Source of the DNA: Amphiscolops sp. MND2022
Lineage: Eukaryota
Assembly: GCA_964187785.1 (NCBI GenBank)
Contig: OZ076409.1
Coordinates: 82,090,001 to 82,154,000 of the forward strand
Reading direction: 5' to 3'
Length of the DNA: 64,000 bases
Positions 11,121 to 24,494 of the stretch are shown here, piece by piece. A program made the position numbers and the translations under genes. The notes beneath the pieces were generated by a model. It had not been told where the DNA came from and ran no database searches. It was given only the letters and a program-made list of their open reading frames with translations. Each line of letters begins with the position of its first letter. The first letter of the stretch is position 1.

Positions 11121-11328
11121 ACCTCACGATGTGTTGGCGACTCTGCTGAACAACCTTAAGGTGCAGGAGCGACAGAACCGAGTATGCACCACAGTGGCCA
11201 TCGCCATAGTGAGCGAGACTTGCTCGCCCTTCACAGTTCTGCCTGCCCTCATGAACGAGTACAGAGTGCCGGAGCTGAATGTGCAGAACGGAGTCCTCAA
11301 GTCCCTCTCCTTCATGTTCGAGTACATC
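11121..11328 (+). pseudogene. SF3B1: SF3B1 (SAP155) HEAT-repeat exon fragment with upstream splice acceptor; no donor site
   Basis: [69 protein letters not shown] closely matches SF3B1; similarity stops abruptly. Confidence 0.9.
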
Positions 11329-13939
11329 ATGTTCACGCGAAATACAATAGAGTCCTCTTGGAGCAAGCAACAGAACATCAATTTTTGTCGTTTATACGGA
11401 AAAAAACAGAAGCCTTTCGAAAAAGTTTTCATCTCTGTTTCATTTACAAAGTTTTATGAGCCAAAGAGTTGTTTTAGCGCTGGAATCTTCTGAATTTTTT
11501 AAACAACCCTGAGCACATCTAAAAGACGATTTTTGAGCGCCCCCGAAGAGGTTGTCCTTTTTATGCATTGAGTTTGTTTTTTGAATAAAATCTGCAATAT
11601 CATTTTTCTTTTTTTATTTCTGCGATGAAACGAGCGAGTGTTAATTATGCATTCGTACGCCGAATTCATTGAAATGAACCGAACGAGTTAATTATTCGTT
11701 CGCCTGCACTCAAATGCTAATGCGAAACTTCGTCTATGTTTAGTAGTTATATTTTCTTTAGTCCGGGAAGAATTAATTGCCGTGTAAACAGGAGTGTATA
11801 GTTATTCCAGCTATCCTTCTGTTATTGACTATGAAAGCCTAAAAGCAGAAATTGTACTGTGCCCACATGGGCCGAGGCTTGTTTTTGATCTGTTTAGAGC
11901 TTCTCGAATATTCGAATGTTGTTAGTTGCAACATGTTTCTGGCTCGTAATACTTCGATCTTTTTTAAAGCCTTTATTTTTTTGAAATAACGCCAAATTTT
12001 TCTTAAATAAAGTGTTCTTAAAAATTTTAAAAGGTAGGTTATATTTGTAAAACTTGAAGGCACTAGTTCCTCATTCTATTGTGCTTGTTGATAACATTTT
12101 GACAAAAGGCTGCTTTTGACGGATGCTCTCTTTGAGACGTTGGGTCAACTAAGATTTTGATTGCATGAAATGTAAATCAAACTGCAATTGCGACCCTCAG
12201 AACTTTCAGAAAAAATCCTCTGAAATCGAAAATCTAACTGATATTCCTAGGAAAAGTCTCAAATTGGTCATTTTCACCGAAGCACTGAAATAACCTTAAA
12301 AAAGCACTAAAATAATGAATTGCATTACTAAAGTACAAAATTTAATTCAAAAATGTTCGTCTGAAGTACAGGTTGAGTCATTTTCGATGGAAAAACGAAA
12401 TGCAACATCCGGGCATTTAGTTGCATGAGGGTCATTTGAAAACAATGCATGATCTAATAGCAAGTATCTTGAAATGGCTTCCGATACTTGAGATGATCTA
12501 GATACAATTTCACAATTTCAAGAAGTTAGGACTTTCAGGCATATGAAGAATGCCTCAAATATCGACCTCGAATTGAATTCTTATTGCTTTTCGTTTTTTG
12601 AAGAAAAATAGTTCACTTCATCAAAACGGTCTGTTCTAAAAATCTGTCAATTTAGTTTTATAGGCCAATTGGCTTCTTAAGTTTAGCGACTAAAGAAATT
12701 TGTTTCGCTATTTGCTACTGTTGACGTCTCCTGCCAAAATGACGACACTTGATGTTAATTTTTTCAACTTAGCAGCATGCAACCGATTTTATGATGGAAG
12801 ACGAAGATAACAAAAGACATAGTTTCGATGAAATTTGCAGAGGGTTTTCCTTGAAATCCTATTTTTAACTTTGAAAAATGTAGAACGAATTGATAAACTT
12901 CAAAATTTCATATGTATGAATTCATAAAAGTTATTTTTACAGTTATCAAAAGTTGCGAACTGAGGACTGCTAGATTATACTTGTCCAATTGAGCCAATTT
13001 TCTATCAACTCATTCCGATTTGGCGTTGACTTTACTGGTGCTGGCAAGAGTGTCGTAATTTGGACTTTCCACTGGTGGGGTTACTCGTTGTGTCGGTACA
13101 GGCTAATTTTTTCGATGATCCTTGCCCAAGTTTGTACGGATACATTTAAAAAGCACGGTTGTCAGCGTGAAATTTTTGAGAATCTGATCTATGTTTATAA
13201 ACATTTCCCACAGTTCTAACATTGCCCACAATGTTCATGCAGTTTTTCATGCATAGATGTTAGCAGCTGACGCCTCGTAATTTGGTAATTTGACAAAATT
13301 TGGTAATTTTGCCAACGTATTAGATATGAAAAATGATAAATTTTAAAATTAAAGTTGCGGGGAAGGAGCAGAAAAGAGTGTATACTTCTTCTCTATAGCC
13401 CTGATCAAAAGTGGATTGTTGCATGGAGGAATTACTGAAGTACTGCGACCCGTATCTGCTGGTCTCGGGCACAACAGTGGGCAGGGGGTACAAATGGTTT
13501 TCCCGCTCTCGGAGCTGCTTCACATTTCGTCGATGGATCAGACACAGCTGAAAAGTGAATTGGAGATTCGAGCATTTTCGAGAGTAAAGAGAGATCATAC
13601 ATTTCTAATTATCCAAAAACGACTTTTCCAAAATCAAAACAAATGCTTTTTGTATTGCAAGCAATCGAGCGATTCGTGAAAATGTCAGGACCAGAAGCAA
13701 AATTCTTTATTTATTTTTGAGTTCTTTCAAAATACTGCAACTTTCAATGGTTGTATTTTCACCCGAATATCGTTAACACTTATTTCCGACTTGCTTAACG
13801 GTTCAAACAACATAAATTATCTCTAGTTTGCTCGTTCAAAGAAATAGCAAGGTGTAAAGTGGTGACATGGTAAAAGATCCTAAGAATTGGAAAAATAATA
13901 ACGGGGCTGAATTTTAGCGTAAGCACGTATTAAGGGTCC

Positions 13940-14008
13940 ATTTGGGCTAAGATTAAGTGGTTAAAGGGTGCATCAGAAGCAGAAAGCTGTGGGTTCGAAT
14001 CCCGCTCA
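13940..14008 (+). repeat. Degenerate tRNA-derived (SINE-like) module
   Basis: A-box-like AGTGGTTAA and B-box GGTTCGAATCC; no clean cloverleaf. Confidence 0.4.
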
Positions 14009-14364
14009 TTACTATAATTTTTTATGTTTTCAAATTGATCGTCTTTTAGATATAACATATGATTCGAATATAATATATAATTTCTAGACACAGCTTTTTT
14101 CTACACCTTGTCAGACAGAAGGCGGGGTTTGAATCTAAGCAACACCAATTTTTCCAACTTTCAAGTTAGAAACATACTGAGAGCTGTATTAACTACTGAT
14201 GTTGTATAAAAAGCTTAAAGGGGTAACTTCTGGGTTTGTTTTAACAATGAGATTTTCAAGATTTTTCTTCGGAAAATTTTCCTAGGCATATTGAAAAAGA
14301 CCGAGGTTTTGAGTGTTCGGTTAAAATCTGTTAAGCCGTCTTTTTAATTTTTGAAAAATAACCA

Positions 14365-16118
14365 TCCAGGTTTTCGATCTTTGCGAATCAGTGCAGATCT
14401 GCAGGATTTTTGCAGATCTTGGCAGATATGTGCAGATTTGAAAAAAACTGACATTCTCAGAAATACAATAAAAACCGTTGAATCAAACGAATAATAAAAA
14501 TGTTTAAAACTTGAGAGAAGTCTCATTTAAGTCAAAATGATGGAACATTTTTCTGTAGCAATCTGTACAGATCTGTAGAGATTACAGATATTTACAGAGC
14601 CAAACAGTGACCAATAAATTACTATAACGTATTCCGAGTTACCAGCAGTTACTAAAATTATTCCAACAAACAATGTTCCCGAAAAATTACCACAATAACA
14701 CTTTATCAACACATCTACCAACCCAGAAGGTTGTCACATGTCAGATTTCATTCGTCAAAACGAAGTCAATATGGCAGACGAGCCTCTCAAAGTTGAACAA
14801 CCTCTTCTGAAAAATTCTAGTGAAATAGATAAATAAGTGTATGACCAATACCGAATTTTCACCAGAAACCAAAATTGCAGTGATGGTGATGAATTATCCT
14901 TCACAAAAATTTAGAGTGATGTGATGAAGAGTTTCAACTGACTCACCCTAGGTCAGCTAAAATACTCAATAAAGTAGTTGAAGAATTCCAAAAACGCAGT
15001 ATATCCCTAGGCTAGAAAAAATGTAATTCTTGAATATATCTTGCAAGACGTCTTGCAACATCTTGCAAGTCAATGCATTATTCTTGCAAATTGTCTTGCA
15101 AGATTCTTGCAAAATTTTTGCAAGAAATGAATTGACATTGTGTTATACTTGCTAGGAAAATATCGACCTTTCAAGATATTTGCATGCTTCGACTGGGATT
15201 TCGAGGTGCCCAAAAAATTTTTCGTTCCATTGAACATCACCATTAATAATCAACTCCACTAGTCCCTACACTCTATTATCAAAAAAGCGATTCCAGACAT
15301 TTTTATTCAGAATATTTTAAATAAGAATTTAGTAGACAAAAACCTGACTCCAGTCAACTCAGTTTTGTCAATTTAATATTGACTTAAACGCGATAGCCAG
15401 ATAGATACAACCAGAGTCTCACTTCCTAAATTGTGAAGGACCCAAAAATGCAAACTCTAGAAAAGTAAAACTCTAGAAGTGTGATTTTAGTATTGCACCC
15501 TAAAAGCCTATTTTTTTGTAATAAAAAACCGACATTTGAAACTCAGTTTTGATGCAGTACATTGGAACACAAATACCCTCTTTTAGCATGTACACGATGG
15601 AGACTTTGAAATTAGGCCGAACGAACTTAAATTGATCATAGGCGTACATTTTTTAGAGAAAAACGCAAAAACAAGAGAAAAATAATCTTTTTCGACAATT
15701 GGTGTAGCTGTTGACTAGGTTATCATAACTCATTTGTTGTCTTGCAAGATATGCATGGTCTTGGAAGATTCTTGCAAGACTGGTGTTCCAATTTATCATC
15801 TTGCAAGATTTGTATTGTCTTGCAAGATTCTTGCAAGTCTGGCATCGGCTTGCAAGAAGCTTGCAAGAATACCATGTTTTGTAAGAAACTTGCAAGATAA
15901 CTTCAAGATTCCAATTATTTTCCAAACTGGGGATTGGTTCCTTAGATAGAAGCTGCAGAAAAACATTTCTGCAAAAATCTTTAAAGAAAATCTGCACACT
16001 TCTGTAAAGGTCTTGCGGATCTGTATGGATCTTCAAGATTCAGTGCAACGATCTTTGCAGAACCCTGCAGAAAAAATCCTGCAGATCTGCACAGATTCGC
16101 AAAGATCGAAAACCTGGG
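14365..16118. mobile_element. Non-autonomous TIR element (CCCAG-type ends, 2-bp TSD CA) with nested MITEs at 15005-15197 (TSD AT) and ~15725-15932
   Basis: About 45-bp TIRs CCAGGTTTTCGATCTTTGCGAATC...; nested elements rich in TCTTGCAAGA. Confidence 0.75.
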
Positions 16119-16439
16119 CAGTTAGTCGATTGAAAAACTTACCAAAGTCATGCAAATAATGGCAGAAATGGCCAAAGTACAAGTGAAGCCAATAGCTACT
16201 ATCTCAAGCTCATTCATTTTGCAGAAGTCACGGTCGAATGATTCACAGCCAGTTTATATGACTGTTGAGAAAACAATTGCCCAATCGGAAATCGAAACTT
16301 TGCATTAATAAACTGATCCAGCTTTGTCTTATACGGCCGTCGTATATCCCCCTAACCGAGGGTGAACCAAAAAAGAAGACCGCTCAGAAGAAAACGTTTT
16401 CTCCTAAGAGGCCTTCTTCTATCACTGAGAAGTTGGAGG

Positions 16440-16604
16440 AAAATGATCAATGGGAAGAACTGAAAAAGTAGATGGCATTTAGTTGTAACTATTTTAGAAA
16501 ACTACGTATTGTGATTTGATTGCAATCAAATCACAATACGTATTTCCTCTAAAAAATTCAACTAACTACCATTTACTTTTTCAGTTCCTTCAATTGATCA
16601 TTTT
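16440..16604. repeat. ~165-bp fold-back palindrome with a perfect 40-bp core (16503-16542)
   Basis: TACGTATTGTGATTTGATTG|CAATCAAATCACAATACGTA; imperfect arms extend to AAATGATCAAT...ATTGATCATTT. Confidence 0.9.
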
Positions 16605-17924
16605 GCATGGTAAGTAGAGTGAACGCACAATGTCATTTCACTCTCAGAGGAGATCGCATGGATTTCAGCAGTGTTAATCGGCTAACCTTGTTTAAACGAG
16701 TCAACAGCAGAAGTTACGACGCTGAAGTCAAGAACTGAGCTGACCCAGAAAATTTTCCTCTCTGATTTTGTTAGACTCTGCAATATTTTCTGAAACCCCT
16801 TCAGATTTTTCTGAGCTGTGAAACTTCAATATATGTAGCATTTTGGAAATTAGAGTTTTCAATTAGCGCTTCCTGTACTGTTTCATCTAATCAATCTCTA
16901 GAAGATACACTATTGTTCACTAAAGCTGTTGACAAATGCAATCTCAAGTTGAAAAACGACATGTTGGTGCTTGATACGGCTGTCCAGTTACAGCCTAAAT
17001 TTGTATCTTCGGACGAGGTCAGCAACTTTTGAGCTCTGGAGAGAGACAAGAATTTAAAGAGTATGGACGGGTCAAGACCCTTTTACACTTCCTGTTTGAG
17101 CAGGAAGCGTCACAGCCGGTATCCTTATGAAGTCCACCGAACAAATCCCAAAAACATCTCTCCCTAAAGCTACCGAATCTCGCACTCACTGCGATTTGTT
17201 TTTGAGGAATCACTCATTTATTGATGGAACTATTTAAAAATTTCTTGTATTGAAGCCTTCATTAATTATTTCCTGGGACATTCTAGAGTTTTGTGTCTTT
17301 TTGAGAATTGTATACGTTGTAAGATTCTAGACCGGACTGTCGATTCGTGTTTTAGATCCAGAATAAGCCCTGATTCTCTTTTCAAGTGATCATATTTCAT
17401 ATGAGAAAGGATAATATTTGAATCAGCTGCATTTTTTAAAACATTTTTTTGGTTGACCCAAAATACCACAAAATGACCCAAAAAAGAACCCAAAATCGAC
17501 AAAAATTGCTTAATTATCCGAAAAGCAGATTAAACAAAACTTTCGAAAATCAGAACAATTACAAAGTTTGACGTTTTCTATTTTACAAGTTTTGTAAAGT
17601 TGTCGCGAAGTTTAGTGTTAGAATAATAAAAACAATGAACAAGCGCGGTATCAAGTCGGTGCCTTGGGTTCTTGCAACAAAGGTGCCTCAGAAAAATCCG
17701 AAATTAGAAAAATTGGCAAGTAAAAAGCTTCGAAAAGATCCAAATACAACAACTAATTTCGCAGCAAAACACAGCTTACAGTTTTTAGTCAGCGCATTCC
17801 GTAGAAAACGCAGACTATTGCAGTAACTTTTCTTTTTTTTCTATTTTCTTAGGACCAACGAACTGACAGATTTTATAACCTTTATAAGCTGACTTGCACT
17901 AACACTAAACTGTGCCACACTACT

Positions 17925-18150
17925 TCTACTGGCACTTGGCATAGAAGTTGATTAGGCCTTTTTGAGCTCTGCCAAGCAGAAAGACTTGGGTTCGAGTCCC
18001 GCCCTTGAACAAATTTTTTTGTGCAGTCTATTTCGACTTTGTGATACTTTTCTAGCATTTTTTAATGTCTTCAAAGAATGTCTCCAAAGAATGTCTTCAA
18101 AATGTCTTCAAAGAATGTCCCCCTTCAATGTCTTCACTCACAAAATTTTT
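17925..18150 (+). repeat. tRNA-like repeat module; related copy on the minus strand at ~46145-46232
   Basis: TGGCATAGAAGTT...CTGCCAAGCAG...GGTTCGAGTCCCG shared by both copies. Confidence 0.6.
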
Positions 18151-21029
18151 CTCTAGATAAGATTTTCCAATTCACTACTACAAAAAATATTTGATTGGAA
18201 AAAAGTTCCGAAAAACGTAATTTTCTTGGACCGTTTTGATTTACATTTATGGTTCATTAGGCTCCAAGCGAAGGAACGACGTATGCAGTACGGTTTCCAA
18301 AGGAAACGTTTGTAGTTTGCCAGGTAGAAATCAACGTGTTTCATTGACAATGTTTCAGTATTGACTGAATCCTGTATCCAGTAGGCTTTTTGGAAGAGAC
18401 ATGTTCAGTTCCTTGTGTTGAAAGCGCGATAGATTGATCCAAAAGAGGAAAAAACATCGAATTTTTCCATTCTTGGAATTTTAAGTGACTTTTTGTGTAT
18501 ATAAACATACAAAATTGCTAGGTTAGGTACTGATATTCAATCAGTTTGACAGCAAAGCAATTCGGTATTTAGCGTATTCTTAAATAAGGTGTTTTTTCAG
18601 AAAAGTATGTTGTCTCCGTGAGAATCAATTTGCTTCAATTTCATTTGTTTTTCACACGTGTATCAACTGTTTACATCTCCAGTTTTCATCAAACTTGGTA
18701 TTTTCATTTTTTAGCATCGACAGTTGAAGGTTGAAATGACAACCAGTTCAACTAGATTTCCGATGCTCACATTGAATAAGTCTCTCAAGATGATTCTTGA
18801 TTAATATAAGTCTTTCAAGATGATTTTAAGATCATAAGAATCGCTCAGTGACTTTCAGTTACATGGTTTACATGTTCTCCACACGTGGGAGGTGTATTTC
18901 CGTCTCGTCCAACTGGAACTCTTTCGCCTAACTGGAATGCATGAAATATTGCGCAATTGCCACTGATTTACATGTTTTATCGTACATTTTTGTATCTGAG
19001 TCATACAGTGCTCTAAAGTGACTTTGAGGTTCGCCCATTACCTTGAAGTTATTTGCACTAATCTAAAGGTGCTACATGCCAAGCTATATAGTTTTAGAGT
19101 CAATGGTTACCAAGGTACATACGCTTATGGTTTGTTTACTTAAGGCGGTTACCCCCGGACGGTTACAGACACAATTTCATCCGCGTTAGTAATCGACTAT
19201 ATTCTTTATTGTGGTTCGTTCGAGGTATTACAAGGGTTAGGTTGAACGTGTCCCTTCCCCTACCCGTCTCTTAGGGATAAGACAAAGGCGCGAGAATATC
19301 CCCAAACGGCTTAATATCCTATCTTCTATCAAGTCGTTGTATAATATGACTCATTCTGCGCTCCGCTGATGGGTCAACCTAGCGAATTTTCGGTGCTAAT
19401 CACCCGGGGCCGGGCGTTTCCGGTTGGTTCTGCAAGGCCATAACAGCTCAGGTCTACGTTTACCAAAATTCAGGTCTTTACGAATTATACTCTTTGCGAA
19501 AAACAGTTTAGAGGGTTTGAAGAAATATGACGCTTTGCTTCCCAAATTGATATCTTATATTATCGCTCAAAAGTGAAACTTCGTAAAATTTGCACTCAGA
19601 GATCTATTTTGTCTCAACCAATTCGAATTTCACCGCTAACGTCGTTTCTACTTTGTAATCAAATGGTGAAAAGTACTGTGTAAACACCGCTATGGCAAAC
19701 ACGCGATGGTCAGCTATCTTTGGAGCGTTTACTAAGCCGACTGTCTAGAAACGTGGTAAACGTTGTTTTGTCTGTCGCCTGACTTTCGCGCGTAATAATG
19801 ATAAAGTGTTAATAGGTATTGATTAGGAGCGGATATTTTTTCCCGCATCATTTGATTTTTTTCAATATAAGAGCAAATGTAGCCTAGAAAATACTTTTGG
19901 TTAATCTATTTGAACACGTTTCTTTAACATCCGCTCCTCAAGCTTTGTTTTATTTTCAACGACCTTTTAAACTCAATGTTTCCAAATATCGTTCTTTCAC
20001 TGCATTATGTAAGTTGCAAGTTTTTGAGGTACCTAGTAATTTTTGTGTTTCAATATGTACTCAACTCTCCTCAATCAGGATCATAGCCTTTCTTTAGTTG
20101 AGGGGCAGGACACAGGAGAAGGACCTCTTGTAAAAAGTTTAATGCCGGTTTTCACCAGATTTTCATTTAGGTCCTTGATGATTCTTTTTTTAAAAGGAGC
20201 TGCATCATAGAAATGAGTTAACAAGGTAATTTTTCGAAACATGGCTATAAAACTTCAAACTGCGGAAACTGCAAACCAGGCTAGTTTCATGAAGTTTATT
20301 TCTTCTTACCACTTTAAAATTTAATCAACTAATCACGTTGTTTTCTGTACCAGTGTTGATGGTTTTTAGTCAGTTTGGTTTGCTACCAAGTTCGTTGGGA
20401 TTATTTGTTAATACTAGAAAAATTGAAAGGAGATAGGAAATGTAACGTTTGTAAGAGAATGTGAAGAACATCTTAAGACGCCTTTTGGGTTTGAAAAAAA
20501 CAATGTCCCAAAAACTTGGGATTGTTCCTTGAAGTTTTTCTTCTCAAGAAAGTCCAGCAGTGTCAAGAAATCTCATCGGGGGATCTTTTGGGCTCGGACG
20601 ACATTTTTTTCTAAGTGATTTTTATCCGTTTCCGTTCAAGTGATTAATTGTATTCCGAAAAAACGTTGCAGAGTGCCGAAAAAATTGTACCCTTAGACCC
20701 CATCAAGATTTGCAAAGTTGAATCTATCGCTGACGCCGGATTTGAAGCAGGAGCTTCCTTTTTGAAAAGCACGCATTCTAATCACTAGGTCAAGCGCCGT
20801 GAACAAAATCTGTTCAAAAAAGCGATCATTCAGTGTGAGGTATGTGGTGTGACAAAAATATTTTGCCTCTGAAATAAATCGGCACTTTTTGTTGCGAATA
20901 AAAAGAGTTGGAAGTTCCTCCACCAACTTTTTTCTCAATAGTTTTCTATACTTCATTTCAGAAACAGGAGACGAAAAGGTCCCATATTTGAAGTTTGGAC
21001 CTGACAGGGGTTTTTCAATTTGTTGTTGC

Positions 21030-23910
21030 CCAGGTTTACGGGCCATGGTTTTCCATCCATGATTCATCCATGATTCATGGGTTCGCTATGCCGAGAACCA
21101 TTCCATGATCATGGGAAGATATACATGATTCATGGATGGTTGTTTTATATAATTACAACGTTATGAATTTGATTCAACAAGATGACTTCAAAACACTTTC
21201 TGAAAGTTTCCCAGATTTTCTATATTGACACCTTTTCAAATTTTTGCAGGGCATTTCCGTGTGAACAAAATTCCCTCCATTCTAACTCTGCTGATTGGTG
21301 TCTCATGAAGTTCAGAAAATATCACAGACTTGCTAAAACCTTCCATGGATAACGAAACATAAAACTTTCTGTCATGGATCATCCTAGATGAATCATGAGT
21401 TCTCATCAGAGCTTTGATCTTGGATGATTGGCCACAATTCGAATGTAATGAAAATCAATATGGATGACTAGCGATGATTCGGTATCACAGACCGCTCCCG
21501 GTATGGGATGCTGCTGCAAACTCATTGGGATTGGAAGAGGACACAGTTGCAGCCTACGATTTCCCAGGTGGTACTTTAATTACTGATTTCAAATAATAAT
21601 ACTTCTTTCGAAATAAGCTGTGACTGAAAATACAAAATGTACGTCTACTTTGCGCAAATCACAAATGAAACGGAAAACAGGAAATTAAATGGACTAAAAT
21701 GATTTCTCGCATTTCCGGCCAGACGTTTTTGTCAATCAAAATGCGTCTTGAAATAAAGATCATAAACTATTCTAAATGAAAACATATCCTGAACCATTTA
21801 TAGGAAAAAACATCAATCAGATCTAAAACAGAAAGTACAACAAGATGGCACGCCGAAAAGGTTCAGCCTCTAAGAAAAGGCAGCTTTAGTGCGCTTTGAA
21901 CAGCAATTATTGCGGATTAGAACAATGTCACGTCGCTAAGTTAATAAAAGTGACAGCTCATGCAAAGATTTCTATAATTATGACGTCAGTAATACGTCAC
22001 TGAATAGTCGACTAACTGCAAAGTATTCCAAATTAGGTAATAATTTTACGTCAGTTATGGCAACCACCTAGTTTTCACTCCAAATTTACGTCCGCGCTAC
22101 GTCCACAAAAGTGGCGGACTAAGTTTAACGCCAAATCTACGTCTACGGTACGTCGAAAATCCATCAAAATAGCTGTTCTAGCCCGTCCAGAATAATGAAA
22201 TGAATAGTACTTTAGTGAATTCAGCACAAGGAATACGCTTAGGTTATGTTTACCTTAATTAGGGAAATAGTTAGGGACTTGTAATACACGTCAACTTTTC
22301 GTTGAACAAACTACTGCTGATCTAAAACGTCCTAAGTCTTAATCGAAATGAAACCTTCCGTATTGCATAAACGAAAGTCACAGTTTATTCTTAATGCAAA
22401 TGAATGAGAATATCTCAAAATGTTACAACACCCAATGTAGACTAATTTAAATTGTACATTTCCATTGTAGTACTCAGGATTGTTGCCACCTTGCCGTAGC
22501 CTAAATGTAATTTTGGCTCACTTAGCAAGGGTTTTGTATTTTTAATACAGCTTTATGTTCTGATACAGTATTTGTACTTTTATACTGCTATCCATGATGC
22601 GATTTTTATTGTTTATTTGTAACAAGCACTTTGCGAAGTGATCCAATTCCAAATTGACGTCGTTATGCCGATGATTGATGAAGAGTTAAATTCTAATTAA
22701 TTTTGCAGTTCGTGATTCATTTAATCCCAATAGATTATTCAACTTGAGTGCAATAAAGTCGTTGAAATGTTGATGGAATTAATTGATATTAATGTAAAGT
22801 TAAATGTCATTGCTACTTAAAATTATTGTTGCCCTAATTAACATTAATATGTCAAAATTTTACTAAATGGAAATTGAGTGCCCTCATCCACTAATCAACT
22901 CTTATTCTCTTAGCATCATCGAATATTTCAAGCAAAAAATAATAGTCAAAACTTTGCTCAAGTCAAAATTTAAAATCAGGTATTAGTTGTTCACGTCAGC
23001 GTCATCTCAGTGTCGAGTTTCTTACAAACCAATGCAGTAAAACAGGGAAATATTTCCGGTTTGACAGACTGAAGTAATGTCTAACTTCCTGATTGGGAGG
23101 AAACTAAATGACGCCGGAATGAAATGATATGATCATGTTTGGTAACTAATATTGGATCAAAATGGCCGTGCCTTAAAATTTGACGGAATGTAGACGCAAC
23201 TTCGGGATCATAGTGATTTTTTCATCGAAAATACAGGAAATGACTAATTATTCGAGGAAAATTAGGGATTTACTCGTGATCAAGTGATGCTAAGAGGGTA
23301 TAAATATAATACATTTTAATTGTTGAGGGACTCAGTGTTTTCATCTTGCTATAAAATATTGTGCAATTTGTCTTTGCTCTTAAAGCCCTAATATCAATAT
23401 TGTTGAAAAATACAGCTCAAAAGTCAATTAGAAAATCCGAAATAGAACCTTTTCTTCCAAAGATGTCGACAACAAGAAGCCAAAAGTGAAAGAACATCCA
23501 ACAGGAGAGCACCGAAAGTGTAAGTGAAGGTTTAGTTTCACCGATAATTGTGGAAAACGTTTATCACTCAGAACAAGACGTAAACATTGCAAAATCCCCA
23601 GAGTTGAAAACAGTCTTCTTGAAAGTTTGAGAATTTCTTTGAACTTCTGAAATCAAGAATCTCTTTAACGAGGCCCAGAAAGAAATGTTGAAACTGTTGA
23701 ATCCTAAGGAAATGTCGAAGGAGAACCGGAAAATGAAACTAGGAGTTTTTACACTCCTACGAAATTTGTTAGAATAAACTCAACTCAAAACGACGACCCT
23801 AGCACAAGTCGTAACATTCGAATGTAATGAAAATCACCAATGAAAGTAATCCATGATTCAAATGTAATGCCATCGAAAAGTCATGAAAAGAGCCATGATG
23901 GTTAACCTGG
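21030..23910. mobile_element. CCAGG-ended MITE (CCATGAT-rich) interrupted by the solo LTR
   Basis: Ends CCCAGGTTTAC...GTTAACCTGG; internal CATGA repeats on both sides of the LTR. Confidence 0.55.
21483..23816 (+). mobile_element. Solo LTR (2334 bp) of a family related to the 7150-9494 LTR
   Basis: Starts TATCACAGACCGCTCCCGGT (cf. TGTCACGACCCGCTCCCGGT) and ends GTCGTAACA; TSD TTCGG/TTCGA; TATA at 23299; decayed MSTTRSQK ORF at 23463. Confidence 0.8.
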
Positions 23911-24494
23911 ATTTTTTCAAGTATTTTTTGTAGTACAAACCAAAAATTCTAGTATAAAATCCAAAAAATCAAGTTGTTTCAAATGGCCTCTTCGTAGTTC
24001 TAAGGCCCACAACGTTTGTTTGGTGTGGTACCAGTTTAGTATCTTTTCAACTCACCGTTGTTGCAATCATGGTCATTGAGAAGCTATCTTTCCGTGCACT
24101 ATCTTTCTAAATTTTTCATTCGTAGCCTAGAAGTGAGCAGTTGGACCTGAGTGATCTTGAGCAAGTCAGTCTGAAACTTCAAATTGGGAAATAGGGAAGA
24201 GAGCTTTTTTGTTTTCGGGAACTGAAGAAATCTATTCTCTTTTGTAATGTACCTACTAAGTACTAAAAACCTACTTAAGACATACTAAGTACTGATCGAA
24301 CAATTCAAATATAGATCTTCAACGCATAATAGGGGGTTGATGAGCTTCTCAATTTCAAGTTTTTGGGGTTTCATCATAAGTTGTTTTTCCAGACAAAATA
24401 ACAAAGCCTACTTGTAAAATAAGGTCGATAAGAGTTTTCAAAATTAGGGCTGGGTGAAAAATTAAATTTGACCATTTGTTGATTCAAAATTAGA

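Noticed and set aside
13000..13620. Cys-rich (CxxC-like) minus-strand remnants
   Set aside because: Interrupted by stops; no family can be supported by eye.
21438..23836. 20-bp direct repeat TTCGAATGTAATGAAAATCA (21438 and 23817) as an unusually long TSD
   Set aside because: The LTR starts at 21483 with a 5-bp TSD (TTCGG/TTCGA); the 20-mer is an internal repeat of the host MITE.
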